DNA from: Tubiluchus corallicola
Lineage: Eukaryota > Animalia > Priapulida
Direction of reading: 5' to 3'
Assembly: GCA_030141605.1 (NCBI GenBank)
Contig: JAQGDQ010000238.1
Span: 278,854-342,853, forward strand
Length of the DNA stretch: 64,000 nt
The notes beneath the pieces were generated by a model. The model did not search any database. It saw only the letters and a program-made list of their open reading frames with translations, and was not told the origin of the DNA. The translations under genes were made by a program, and so were the position numbers. Positions 26,590 through 39,790 of this stretch are shown one piece after another (position 1 is the stretch's first letter; every line of letters begins with the position of its first letter).

Positions 26590-26665
26590 GTGAAATGCGT
26601 TGGCAGAGTAGTCTAAGGTTTGCCCCGTAATCAGAAGGTACCTGGTTCAAATTCAGACTGCATTC
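26590..26665 (+). repeat. Degenerate tRNA-derived SINE head
   Basis: A-box-like TGGCAGAGTAGTCTAAGG and B-box-like GGTTCAAATTC. No intact cloverleaf. Similar B-boxes near 30056 and 54308. Confidence 0.45.
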
Positions 26666-27146
26666 CAACTTTTATGCATTTCTTGTCGATCACGTTTTTG
26701 CACAGAAAAAAAAATTATTTCTGTGTTTGTAACATCAGTTTCGTTCTACTCATTTCAGTTCAGTTCAGTTCAGTTCATTTATGCTCAGCTCAACTCAGCT
26801 CAACCCAGCTCAGCTCAGCTCAGCTCAGTTCAGTCAATTCACCTCAGCTCATCTCAGTTCACTTCAAATTTAGTTCTGCTCAGCTCATTTCAGATTGGCG
26901 AACTGAACTGGCAAACACTCAAATACTTTCTTAATTCTCTTTTGGAACCTTGTGTTAAAACTTCTAAAGAGTTCATGTTATACTAGAATATTTTTCTGCT
27001 TTATGTTGCAGTTTAAACGCTTTATTTAGTCTAGTTTTGTTCCTCCTATATTTGTTTACTCTATTTATTTGACTGCTGAAGATGCTATTGTAAAGTATAG
27101 AAAATTCCCATGGCTAAATAACATAAAAAATTCAAGTAGAATTTTC

Positions 27147-28664
27147 AGTAGAATTCCTAAAGGGACATAAGAGAAATTTTTTGTCATTCCACGAAATATT
27201 AAGTAGTTCCCTGTGCTTTTAAATCGTTCCTCCAAATTATTAAGTCATTCCTGAGTTATTAACCATTCCCTCGAAATATTAACTCGTTCCCCCGAGTTAC
27301 TAAATAGTTCCTCCACATTTACTAAGTCGTTCCCCGAGTTACTAAGTCGTTTCCCCGAGTTATTAAGTCATTCCCTCGAGTTAATGATTAATGTTGCCTA
27401 TGCGCCATGTTAATTCCTCGAAATGCTTGAACTTGAATTAAATTGTTCCAGTCAAGTACATAAAGTGGCTTCTTATGTGGATAGACGTTATTTTAGCCTA
27501 ATGCTTGCCTCCCATTGGAATAGATAAAAAGAGCAATATATAATTTTGATAGCACACAATATTGGTATTTTGATATTCATTCAGCTTTATGCATTTCCAT
27601 GCATGTAGCGTACACTATTTTACATGTACAATCTTGTGGTTGACGGGAACAATAAATTGCACCCCACCACAATTGCAAGTCGCTGTACTTTTAGCGAAAT
27701 TTTCTTAATAACGATAATATATTTTTATATGCCTTTCACTGATATCTATTCCATATTTAGCAGCAAATACATCCGCAATACACTTATATGTCATGCCAAA
27801 ATCAACAATTGTATTATATGCACTGCCTTTTACACAGTGACGGCAATTCCAGAAATTAACATGGCACATAGGCAACATTAATCTTTAATTCTGGGGAATG
27901 ACTTAAAAACTCGGGGAAACAAGATAGTAACTCGGGGGAACAACTTAGTATCTCACTGGAATGAATTAATAACTTCGGGGGAATGAGTTAATAACACGGG
28001 GGAATGACTTAGTAACTCGGGGAATAACTTAATAACTCGGGGGAACAACCTAATAACTTGGGTGAATGACTTAATAACTCGTAACTTAGTAACTTGGGAA
28101 TGAGTTAGTGACTAAGGGGAACGAATTAGTATCTCGGGGAACGACTTAAAATCTCGGGGGAACGACTTAATAACTTGGGGAACAACTTAATAACTCAGGG
28201 AACGACTTAATCCCTCGGGGGATGACTTGATAACTCAGGGAACGACTTAATCCCTCGGGGGATGACTTAATAACTCAGGGAACGACTTAATCCCTCGGGG
28301 GATGACTTAATAACTCGGGGGGGATGACTTAACTCGGGGGATGACTTATTAACTCGGGGAACAACTTAATAACTCAGGGAACGACTTAATCGCTCGGGGG
28401 AGAACTTAATAACTCAGGGAACGACTTAATCCCTCGGAGGACGACTTAATAACTCGGGGGGATGACTTAACTCGGGGGGATGACTTAATAACATGGGGAA
28501 CAACTTAATAACTCAGGGAACGACTTAATCCCTCGGGGAACAACTTAATAACTCAGGGAACGACTTAATCCCTCGGGGATGACTTAATAACTACGGGAAC
28601 GAGTTAATTGCTCAGGGGGAAAAACTAAAAAAAAAAATTTCTTATGTCCCTCTAGGGGCTCCGT
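27147..28664. mobile_element. Foldback-type element with inverted arrays of a ~20-bp repeat
   Basis: Terminal inverted repeat agggacataag / cttatgtccct. Left arm has ttaagtcgttccccgagtta units (27180-27385); right arm has the reverse complement taactcggggaacgacttaa (27890-28620). Confidence 0.8.
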
Positions 28665-28897
28665 CAATTAGGGGGTATCATGCTTATGCATTTTTCGAAG
28701 TTTCGTTTATCTCGTACTTTCTGAGATTGTCAATTGGGCGTGGAAATTCCATCTCTATGTGCTCCATGAGACTGAAAGAAAACTATTAAATGTAAATAAA
28801 TAATTGTCATATTTCGTACAATTTATTGAATGTCAGTGAAAAGGTACCTTGTCTATGCATTTCTAAGAATGACTGACCATTTCTTTCTTTGTTGTAG

Positions 28898-29015
28898 GCC
28901 ATCTGGGCTGAAGTACATCAAACTTGATAAATCTGGATACGGGAAAACGTACAGTTCAGAAACTTCGGACTACTCTCCATACAGATTGTTCTGCTCGTTT
29001 CCACTTTTCGGCTGA
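28898..29015 (+). CDS. Uncharacterised secreted protein, paralog B, exon 3 (terminal)
   Basis: ttgtag acceptor. (A)PSGLKYIKLDKSGYGKTYSSETSDYSPYRLFCSFPLFG*. Same length as paralog A exon 3, with many third-position changes. Confidence 0.85.
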
Positions 29016-29172
29016 GGCCCAGGCCCAGACCCAGACCCAGGCCCAATGTAGTGAATGTATTTTCATATATGTATCTTTAACGAATTTTAATTCGAATTTC
29101 ATTTCGTATGAACTGTTTTATATTTGAATTATTTTTCTTTTTTATTTAGTGTCTAGCAACGTGGTTACCGCA

Positions 29173-29328
<156 letters not shown>

Positions 29329-29609
29329 TATGTATTATTTTATTGTATCGTCTTTATTTTATTCAAATCATTATTCATTTGTGTAATCATCATTAATAAT
29401 TACGTTCTTGCTGTTGTGTCCAGTTATTATTTTCAAGCCACAAGATTTCACAACAGGGTATCGGGTAGAAAAACGTTATAGTAATAATAAATTTGAAGTT
29501 ATTAATAATACAATGTATTTAAATATGTGTACTTTATACACATGAAAATATACACTTGAAAATATTGAAATAGTAGATAGTCACTTCACAATATACGCTC
29601 ATAAAATGA

Positions 29610-30000
29610 TTTGCTTAAAAAGGCAAAAGAAATTTAAATCATTCTTACCTCCCGCCAAACGAACCTCCTTGCGGGGCACATTTGAAAAATTTGTGAAGGT
29701 ACACGTAGCAAAATTTGTGCAGTTCACTTGAAGTGCAGATCTTTTTAGCTGACTAAATGTTTGTGTTTAACTGTGTTCATGTAAAAATTAGTCATCGGGT
29801 CAATTAGCAACAGCTTTAAATTAAAGTGCATACATAGCTTTAATCCACAGGATTACTCCTTAAAATGCGCAAATACTACAAATAATGTATTTACAGATAA
29901 GCGTGGAATTCTGCGAGGCAGCGAGCATATATTAGGTGTCGAACAGACTACTTAGTTTGTAGTTCAGTTTTAGCTTGTTAAATTATTCTGTTACTTTGTA
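29610..30000. repeat. Dispersed repeat; second copy at about 56455-57450 is split by a ~640-bp insertion (56753-57390)
   Basis: Shared blocks ctcccgccaa.cgaacctc.ttgcggg, atgtaaaaattagtca, taatccacaggatt, attctgcga and agttcagttttagcttgt. Confidence 0.75.
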
Positions 30001-33000
30001 GCCAATTGGAGGTTATTAAAATCGAGACTTAAAATCAGATAAGCGAGATGTCCTTGGTTCAAATCCAGGCTGTATCTCGTCTTTTTCATATTTCCTTTGT
30101 TTCGAACAAATTTGGCTCCAAAATGGACAATTCCAAGTGAATTGTAATCTCATATGACAAATTAGTTTTAGTTGTACTGCATTGAAGTGAGGTGAACTGA
30201 TACTAGTTTCGATGTTTTCGATGTTTGCGCACACCGATATAATTAGGAGGTAGGATTTTTCACGTAAAATTGTAAATGCAAGTCTATCATTATTTTGTTG
30301 TAGATTTTTTGCATCAATTACCAATTGATCTTATCGCTAGGTATGGGTTTTTGTTCAAAATTTCGATAATTTTTAAGGATAACATCGGAAGCATCCAACT
30401 TAGCCTTCACTGATCTGAATTGACAGTGTACATCTAAGGTTGAAAAACAAATAGACACAGAAACAAATAGGGCAAAAAAATAATGAATGAAGATCAGCAG
30501 AATGAGGAATTTCATTACAAAAGGTGCTGGCGAGAGACCAACTAACGGATTATGGGGCTAAAAACTGCGAAATAATACTTTTGTTTTAATTTTATCATCA
30601 AAAATCGTATCTATCTATCTGTTGTTTCTTCTTCATTAGCTTTATCAACGTAGAATAGTAAGGCATCAACAAAGTGTTCTATTTTAGGTTGGTACAGTCA
30701 AGGATTGCGTAAAGCCAGTGAGAATTGAAAATTTCAGTCACTCACAGTTGTCACATATTTTGTTAAAGAAAAACAGCGATTTTTTCACCATAGTTTAAAT
30801 GTCTCTTATATTTAAATATTATATTTATTTATGGCGAGATTTATAGCTCAAGGAATAGACATGCACGCTCTCGCGTTAGCGGCATTACTGGCCTGTGGCC
30901 ACTCGGTTTCAATACTCGCTGTGGGCTCATTTATACACGTCGAATACAATCGTTTATCCGTCAAACGCGACTGAAACACCTCTGCCCAAGGATAGAAGGA
31001 TATCATTGACAATGCCATATAACATTGGTGAATTCACGTTCCTGTATCATGTAAACACAATGTTTAACGGTCAGTGTCCGGAGATATGTATACAGAGAAG
31101 GCTCTGCACGCATCACGTAGCTGCACAGGTAGCGATGTGAAAGGGTTCCTAGCTTTTCCGTTAAAAAATAAACACTGTAGAGTTACGTTTATATAGGAAG
31201 TAATGAACTTAGAAAGATTGTACAATTACAAATCTGTCTAAACAAACCAATTTTAAACAATTAATCAATTATTAAGACAACAAAGAGGATGAAGAATTCC
31301 CAGTGATTTTAAAAAATAAATGTTCAAAATGGTGTCGTTGGTAATACAATATTAGTATGGCTATTGAGCCAATAAGAGTGATCAAATATATCCTCGTGAC
31401 ATACACACCGTTAAAAATTTCACCTATAAACTGATTTTTTACAATTTTTTTAGTCTTCGAGTATCTGTTGAATGAAAGATTGGCATCTTAACATGTTAGT
31501 ATTTATTAAAAAATTCGGTACATTCACAGAGTTAATATCATATTAAAATTAAATAAGATATAATTACAATTTAAATTTTATAAAACATATAAAGCACTGA
31601 GGTCTTTCAGTAGGATATGGTTATTTACTATGTTGAAATGCACTCTTTGTAAAATGTTTATTTATTTTCCACTGACAACAGATCGTTTACACTTACAAGT
31701 GCTGTTATTACACTTTGTAATATTCGCTTAGGAATATTCCTATTTTACCAGTTTATTTAATCGACCCTACTAGACCTATGTTTTACGTCATAACCGAAAA
31801 TAAGATTTTACAGCAAGAAAGAAGAGTTATTGACAGTGATATTAATTTGAATTAACTGAAAGCAGCTAGACCACTGAGTCTTGTGATGACATAACTCTCT
31901 ATTGACTGATGATGCACAATGGAAAGAGCGTTTATCTAAATCAGTGGCACTTTTTCAACATTTTCATCAAACAGTCCAAGTACAACGTACACGGATTTCA
32001 AGTACTAATTAAAAATTGTGAAACATAAACGCTAAACACCTTCCTACTGCCAAAATTCACTACAATTTTTCCGTTTCTAAGTCGTAAATTGATTATTTAT
32101 CTTTTTACAATCAATAGATTTTGTTTTCACAAGTTTCTATGATTTTCCCTTAACGACATAAGAACTAAACAAAAGATGTAGCAGTAAGATGTGGGCAGTA
32201 AGAGTGATGTTAAAGTTACATTAATGTCATCATCTTGATAATGTATTTTAATAAAACTGATGTTCATTATTTTTAAATAATTTTTAATGATTATTTTTAA
32301 TGTCTCAATGATTTGCAAAACAAATAACTAAGCAATTAAAATGGTGTGTTTTACTTGTTTTTTCTTATCGACTTGTCATTTTTTGCCGGTTCTATTTCTT
32401 GTTTTTGCTTGTTTATTTTTGATTCTTGTTTCTTTCGTTTCACTATAGTTTTAACATTTCGGGTTCACTAACACTAATGAATAAATGATACATGTTGTTT
32501 TCACATTACTACTAGATATTATTTTTTATAACATTTAACATTTATTTATTATTAGTTATTTATTTAAAATTAGTTATTATTTATTTATTTATTATTAGTT
32601 ATTTTATAAAAATTTATTTATTAGTGCGAAAAATACATAGAATACAAAAACAAGACATACATACAATTTCAATTTTGAAATTTAGCGACACTGCAGGCAA
32701 GCAAACAATTATTGATAAAACAAATATTATAAAATCGTTTAGGTTAAGTTATTTTAGTAATATACGTAAGTAATATACATGTATATTTAGTTTATTTACA
32801 TTATGTATCATTATCCATCATTCACTATCAGGGTAGGCTTACAAACTTTGGCGCCTGACTCCTCTGCATCCCAAGTAATGATATTGCTGTATTTTTCTTA
32901 TTAAATTGTTGTGTATATTTTGCTTGAGATGGGTGCAACAACCTACTGCTAGTACTATTATTGCAGTTTTTCTAAATCTTAAATGCATATTTATCTGTGT

Positions 33001-33320
33001 TAGTAGTAATTTATACATGCAGTTTGCGACAGTTAAATTTAACATCAATTTAATGTCTAATTATATGACCAGCAAATAAACTGTGTTTCATCAAGTTACT
33101 AACAATAACCAGGCGAAATTAAGTAAATATTAAAAACATATATACATTATACATATACAAGATGTAACAAACTCCATGAACAATGAGCAATTAGTAAACT
33201 TTAGAAAATGGCAGTACTTCCTTGGGACAAGCTCTTTGAATGTGTTACAGGAATTGTCACCTTCATTCTTAGACGAGCCAGAATACAGAACAATTTATTG
33301 CTTTAAAGTCCTGCTGAAAT

Positions 33321-33960
33321 GAGAGGCGTAGCGAAGTGGGGGCAACAGGGGGAAATGTGAGAGGGCGCAAAATTCGTCTGTTAATACACGCGTAAAGTGA
33401 CTGTTAATTTTTAATTACTAATCCAACATTAATAAAACAGTTAACAATTGTTAAGTTTTTAAAGTAGAAAAAAACTGCCTAGTCAGAGATGGTCGTAGCT
33501 GACTTAATTAGTGTATACATCCTAGAACAAAGGGTAATGTTGTTGCGTGTGTAGGGTGTGTGTGGCTTAGTAGATCGACAATTTTGGGAAAAACTGCGGC
33601 GTTTTTTTCTAATTGCCGATTGTATTAATGTGAAAACCTCTAGTGTTCTGTATCTTTCATAATCCTTGCATGTTTTAACACTGGAGCTGAATATTCAAAA
33701 GACTGTCGTGTTACGCGCAACTAATACGTAGAAAAGAGTTATTCTGGTGCAGTACCGCAAATCAATATCACGGAGATTCTTAGAAAAAAAATCGTTTATC
33801 TTTATCCCATCTTGACGAAAAAGGAAAGTTGGGCCCAGGGAAACAAAAGCGCGCAATAATTGTAGCTTGATCCACGAAACAAATGCTAAAAAAATGAAAT
33901 GTGTAGGACGCCAGAAGTTTTTTTTGCCCCCGCGTGCCACAAGCGCTTGCTACGTCACTG
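33321..33960. mobile_element. Older hAT-like MITE
   Basis: Imperfect TIR gagaggcgtagcgaag / cttgctacgtcactg. 8-bp near-TSD gctgaaat/gctgaaac. Confidence 0.65.
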
Positions 33961-34389
33961 GCTGAAACAATCTGTCAACCCTCAAAATTCAGTCTTATGC
34001 GCCTTATGCGGCCTGCAATCTTGAGGGTATGATAGGAGCTTCTGAGACCATTTTTTCTGAAGCTATGAAAATTCGGAAAAATTTGTTTTTATCAAACTGG
34101 ATGGCTTGGAAATTCACAGGACCTCCAGCCCAAAAAACACTTTGGAACAATGCTGATAGTAGAGGGTACGCTAAGGTGTTAAAAAACGTGACATCGATCG
34201 GTTTTCAATCGACAAGTTTCTGAGACATCAGCAAAATGTGTTGGAGGATTCTGAGTTCTTCCATCAATGTTCACAACATGCCCCTCAAGATTTCAGGCTG
34301 TACGTGACGTGAGACGCATCCAAATGATGAGGGTTTGGTAGATTCACTATTGTTTCTGTAGTTCTTTGATACAATAAATTTTTCTGCAC

Positions 34390-34800
34390 TATTTTTTGTC
34401 GGATAACGCTGAAATTCTTTGTAAACGTAGAGATTTCATTTACCGTGCAACCTTATATGTGACTTCTCGTTTCTTAATAGCTATATTAAGACTAAAATAT
34501 TTAAATTGTACTGTCATAGCTTTCATGGCTCGCAAATATGGAAGCTTGATAACACTCTTATTAATAACACTGATATCTCCTGGAACATAGGCGTATGTAA
34601 ATTTTGGCATTTCCCATACCAAACTCATAGGTTTTTGTTACCTCATTTGGTGTGCTTCGTCCGACTACCCAGTTTGAAATCAGATTTTTGTAAAATTATT
34701 TGTCTCGTGTATTAATAGCAGCAATACGCTTGTGAACTTTTTGCGAGAAATGCAGAATATTCTGTGCAGTCAACATTGGGTTACAATCTGCAATTTATTT
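34390..34800 (+). mobile_element. Degenerate non-LTR retrotransposon ORF2 C-terminal remnant
   Basis: YCHSFHGSQIWKL...ISWNIGVCKFWHFPYQTHRFLLPHL resembles CR1/L2-group C-termini. Confidence 0.55.
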
Positions 34801-35584
34801 AATGTAAATATAATGACAATTACAACAAATGTGATTATTTAAAAATTAAAAGATTTATATGTAAGAAGCTAGAGAGCTTACGTGGGCTCAAAGCCTCACT
34901 CGTTAATTCGTTAAAGATGTTTTAAATGACTTAACCAGAAGCGACTTTTCCTTTTTAGACAATCTGCAAATTCATGATATTCTACAATATTTACGTTGCG
35001 AATAATTTGTGATTCTGTGGTGTAAAATCAAACTCAATATCGTATATGTATATTAGTTAATGACAAATTTTATTTGCGTAAAGGTATGAGTTTTTTTTAA
35101 TTACTAACCGACATTGTCTATTTATTTATTTATTTACACAGCTAATAGAATGAATGTAGTGTATTTACAATAATTCGAAAATAAATCGTATATATTACGC
35201 TCTATATATATACATTCCTAGTAATAAGTTCCTTTCTGGGAAAATAATATCTCGCACATGTGTGTGGTTTGTCTAAGGACTCGCTTTACTTCGACTAATA
35301 TTGCGACTCATTTTCCTTACTTACTGGTCACTGACATGATTAATTTTATTAAAACTTTTTTGCAGTACACCGTACGCTTTCCGATTTTGCTCGTGATTTA
35401 ATAAACCAATCATCAAGTTCCGTCACTTCTATGCGGCGTAAGATTTTTTTGCTTTTCTAACCGTTTGCGTAAAACCTTTATAGGTTTCTGTAGTTGGCAT
35501 ATGCTGCTTTGAGTTGGATTGCTACCATCTTGCACTTCTGTTCTATCCTCAAAGCCACGTAAGTCGCCTTAAACGATTAGGTGA

Positions 35585-36110
35585 GGTTAAAGAATGATTT
35601 TTCATATACTACCCGATTTTCATGTCCGATAAAAATATGCATTTTAACACAATTAACACTGCAAAAGTGTTCCTAATAATCAAATAATAAATTAAAATCT
35701 TAATTAACGGCATGCGAGCCTAATTATTGATAACATCACAAAGGAAGATATTTTTCAACAATAAAAATATTCCACGAGCGTGTTGCACGTGTTTGCGAAA
35801 GTGAAATTTGAAGTGCAGTGCTACAGTAAGAGATTCAGTGTGTTGTACTAAAACTAGGCAAGTTTTAAGATAAAAATTTACATTACAAATTTACCCCTGT
35901 GCTCACGCAAGATACGAATACATCTGAACTGAGAGATTCAGCACTATTTTTTGTGCAATGCGTTTCCGAAATGCTGGCGCTAGTGCTCCTCTAACTAGCG
36001 AATGGTGAAATGCATGTAACAGCGAAGAACTTGTATGTTTCCTTTCAATATTTTAAAGAATAGACTTTTTTGACTTACAGTTTAAGATTGGGGGGTCGGT
36101 TTTTCTTTAA
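35585..36110. repeat. Dispersed repeat; related copies at about 51665-52265 and, internally deleted, 59020-59190
   Basis: Shared blocks gatgatttttcata...tccgataaaaa, aaaatattccacgagcgtgtt, attcagtgtgttgtacta and tttcctttcaatattttaa. Confidence 0.8.
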
Positions 36111-36974
36111 TACAAAACGTCTATAACGGAGACTTCGCAACTTGTAAACAGGCCCAATTCCAATTATTTCATGGAGTGCCGAATTAGCTGTTTAACCTTC
36201 TATTAACAATCATAATTTTCTGAGTATTCAGTAAGAGACAGGTTTAAGACTTTGTAACTTTTTCTTGAGAATAAACTCTCGTGTGATAAAAGTAATTACT
36301 ATAGCTCACCTTTAATTAAATTAACACAGGTGGCCCAGGTAAATCACAAAGGTACTCAAAATTCATCAAAAAAAAGTACAATGGCTGTACTCGCATACAA
36401 ATTGCCAGAAACAAAATTATACTTAATAGTACTCTCCCAAATCCCATTGAAACCAACACCTTCCTCAATTGCTATGTAAATTTACTGAAAATTTTAGCAC
36501 AAACCTTGAAAGCCATTTTCTCCAATTTTTATTTTGATTTTTTCGCCATCTGCTCACTATAAATGCCAATATCTTCGCTCCGAAACGACGTCGAGAGCTG
36601 AAACTAGTACCAAAATGATCGTCGTGAACAGAAGAATAAGAATAACTAAAAATTGGTACCTAGCGCACTGTGGACGGTTTTGCTATGCACGGTCACCAGT
36701 ATAAAAATAGTATAAATTACTATTATTACTTTCAAGTGTAGAATATAGTGTAAATTGTTTTGAGCTATAGTTTCATATTTGGAGTGGTTTTCTTATTTCT
36801 AATCAAATCTACTATCATGTATATAATCGCCAAACGTTCACTGTTTTTAGACTGCATGCGACTTGTGACGTTTTACTATCTCAGTTTGATTTTAATATGG
36901 ATTTGCTGTGTTAATCTGGTCTCAGCCTCTGCCCAAGAATGGCTCTTGGATTGTACGTCGTTACTCTGGCTATC

Positions 36975-37915
36975 TGGGTAAGGTTAGAAATGCAAGAATG
37001 CTTGTCTACTGAGCTGGCTAAGGTTAGAACTGCATGAATTCTTGTCTACTGAGCTGGCTAAGGTAAGGATTTCATGAATGCTTGTCTGTTGAAATGGCTA
37101 AGGTAGAACTGCATGAATGCTTGTCTGTTGAACTGGCTAAGGTTCGAACTGCATGAATGCTTGTCTGTTGAACTGGCTAAGGTTAGAACTGCATGAATGC
37201 TTGTCTACTGAGCTGGCTAAGGTAAAAACTTCATGAATGTTTGTCTGTTGAACTGGCTAAGGTTAGAACTGCATGAATGCTTGTCTGCTGAACTGGGTAA
37301 GGTTACTGGCTAAGCCTAGAACTGCATGAATGCTTGTCTGTTGAACTGGGTAAGGCTAAAACTGCATGAATGCTTGTCTGTTGAACTGGCTATAGTGAGA
37401 ACTGCATGAATACTTGCCTGTTGAACTGGCTAAGGCTAGAACAGCATGAATGCCTGTCTGTTGAACTGGCTATAGTGAGAACAGCATGCATGCTTGTCTG
37501 TTGAACTGGCTAAGGTTAGAACTGCATGAATGCTTGTCTGTTGAACTGGCTAAGGTGTCTGTTGAACTGGCTAAGGTTAGAACTGCATGAATGCTTGTCT
37601 GTTGAACTGGCTAAGGTTAGAACAGCATGAACAGCATGCATGCTTGTCTGTTGAACTGGCTAAGGTTAGAACTGCATGAACAGCATGCATGCTTGTCTGT
37701 TGAACTGGCTAAGGTTAGAACTGCATGAATGCTTGTCTGTTGAACTGGCTAAGGTTAGAACAGCATGAACAGCATGCATGCTTGTCTGTTGAACTGGCTA
37801 AGGTTAGAACTGCATGAATGCTTGTCTGTTGAACTGGCTAAGGTTAGAACAGCATGAACAGCATGCATGCTTGTCTGTTGAACTGGCTAAGGCTAGAACA
37901 GCATGCATGCTTGCC
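36975..37915. repeat. Minisatellite, 40-bp unit, more than 20 copies
   Basis: gaactgcatgaatgcttgtctgttgaactggctaaggtta, with some 49-bp variant units. Confidence 0.93.
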
Positions 37916-38053
37916 TATTTGTTTTTTGAAACGTTTGTTATACATAAACGTTTGTCTCTGTTTAATTGTCTCAGACGTTTTTCTTGAAACTCTCACCATT
38001 TCAGGTATAAATTGTCAGGTTGACTGTAGAAGAACATCTTAGCATAAGCCTTC

Positions 38054-38680
38054 TGTGAAAAATGCTCGGTTTTTCATAAGTTTGTGGGAGAGACATCGGC
38101 CTGGTTCTTAATTAAACAAATACGTGGAAGTGTATATAGTCTAATATATTTTTTATAGAGAAAGGTGCATAACGCTTAAGTCTACGAGTTGATAATTAGA
38201 ATGGTTTGCTGCTACTGAAACATATAATTTAGACTAAATTTTGACTCTTAACAAAAACCGCATAACCATTGGTTAAAAGGAGTGGCCACCCAAATAAAAT
38301 TTATTCAATTCACAAGATTTGTCGCAATTACATAGTTACTTCTTATAACAGCAGTAAACCTAATTATAGATACACATCAGCACATAACCATAAAAAACTA
38401 TTGAAGAAAGGGGGAAAAAATTAGCCTAACGAATTAGGCGGACCATTTGACGTCTGCTTGTAGGAAAAGCAAACGTCAATTTGACAAATGTTCGCCCTAC
38501 AAGGGTGACGAAGGAATTTATAGCTTCGGAATGAAGCCCGTATGAATAATTCAAGGTTAACCTAATTGAATGACTCTAGATAAATTTGCAAAGGTTATAG
38601 AACCGGAATAAACTAGTTTGCAATGCTGTAAATGAAAGGTATAATAGCAGAGTACAACTCAATCACGGGAATCCGTGACA
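38054..38680 (-). repeat. 3' LTR of the BEL/Pao element
   Basis: tgtgaaaaatgctcgg...gggaatccgtgaca, repeated at 42926-43543. Confidence 0.93.
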
Positions 38681-38769
38681 CTCTGGAAACGAAAAAAAAT
38701 TTTAAGTTCAAAGTTCAAGTAATAAACAACTTGCTCAATCCTATCAGCTAGTAAAATGTTAGACAACTA

Positions 38770-39510
38770 AATAACTAGCACAAAGAAACCTGCAAAAACC
38801 TACTATCTATCTAAAATACTGTATATAACAGAGGCCACAATCTAGAATACTGTATATAACAGAGGCCACAATCTAGAATACTGTATATAACAGAGGCTAC
38901 AATCTAGAATACTGTATATAACAGAGGCCACAAACTAGAATACTGTATATAACAGAGGCCACAATCTAAAATACTGTATATAACAGAGGCCACAATAGGA
39001 AAATCAGGCTTCAAGCGTAAGATGTGTGTCAAAATATATGGGTGAGAAAAATCAAATAAGTACCTTAAAGGCACATCCAAATAAATATCAAAAATTATAT
39101 AAACTAGCACAAAGAAACCTGCAAAACCTACTATCTATCTAAAATACTGTATATAACAGAGGCCACAATCTAGAATACTGTATATAACAGAGGCCACAAT
39201 AGGAAAATCAGGTTTCATGCGAAAGATGTGTGTCAAAATATATGAGTGAGAAAAATCAAAATAAGTACCTTAAAGGCACATCCAAATAAATATCAAAAAT
39301 TATATAAACTAGCACAAAGAAACCTGCAAAAACCTACTATCTATCTAAAATACTGTATATAACAGAAGCCACAATCTAGAATACTGTATATAACAGAGGC
39401 CACAATAGGAAAATCAGGTTTCATGCGTAAGATGTGTCAAAATATATGGGTGAGAAAAATCAAAATAAGTACCTTAAAGGCACATCCAAATAAATATCAA
39501 AAATTATATA
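38770..39510. repeat. Nested tandem repeat in the retrotransposon 3' UTR: 31-bp unit inside a ~205-bp unit, three large units
   Basis: ctagaatactgtatataacagaggccacaat arrays. The anchor aactagcacaaagaaacctgc recurs at about 38773, 39101 and 39307. Confidence 0.9.
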
Positions 39511-39790
39511 TGAGGTAACAAACTATATGTGATTATACATGGTTACAATGCAATCTAAGTAATTTACAATATTTACAAATGAAGACAGGACAATTTATAA
39601 TAGCTAATATTGTCTTAGACTCCATATAGCAAACGTAGTGTGGTATGAACTAAATCCATCAGCTGCATAGCAGTGTAACCATTGCCATATCCATAACCTG
39701 TGACTGACGTAACCATAACCATCATAACCATGACGTACTGAATCAACAAACGAGAGTTCAAAGTCTGTCACTGCTACTGTTCACTAATCA

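Noticed and set aside
26590-26665. Functional tRNA gene
   Set aside because: A and B boxes are present but the acceptor and anticodon stems do not pair, so it is treated as a SINE-like remnant.
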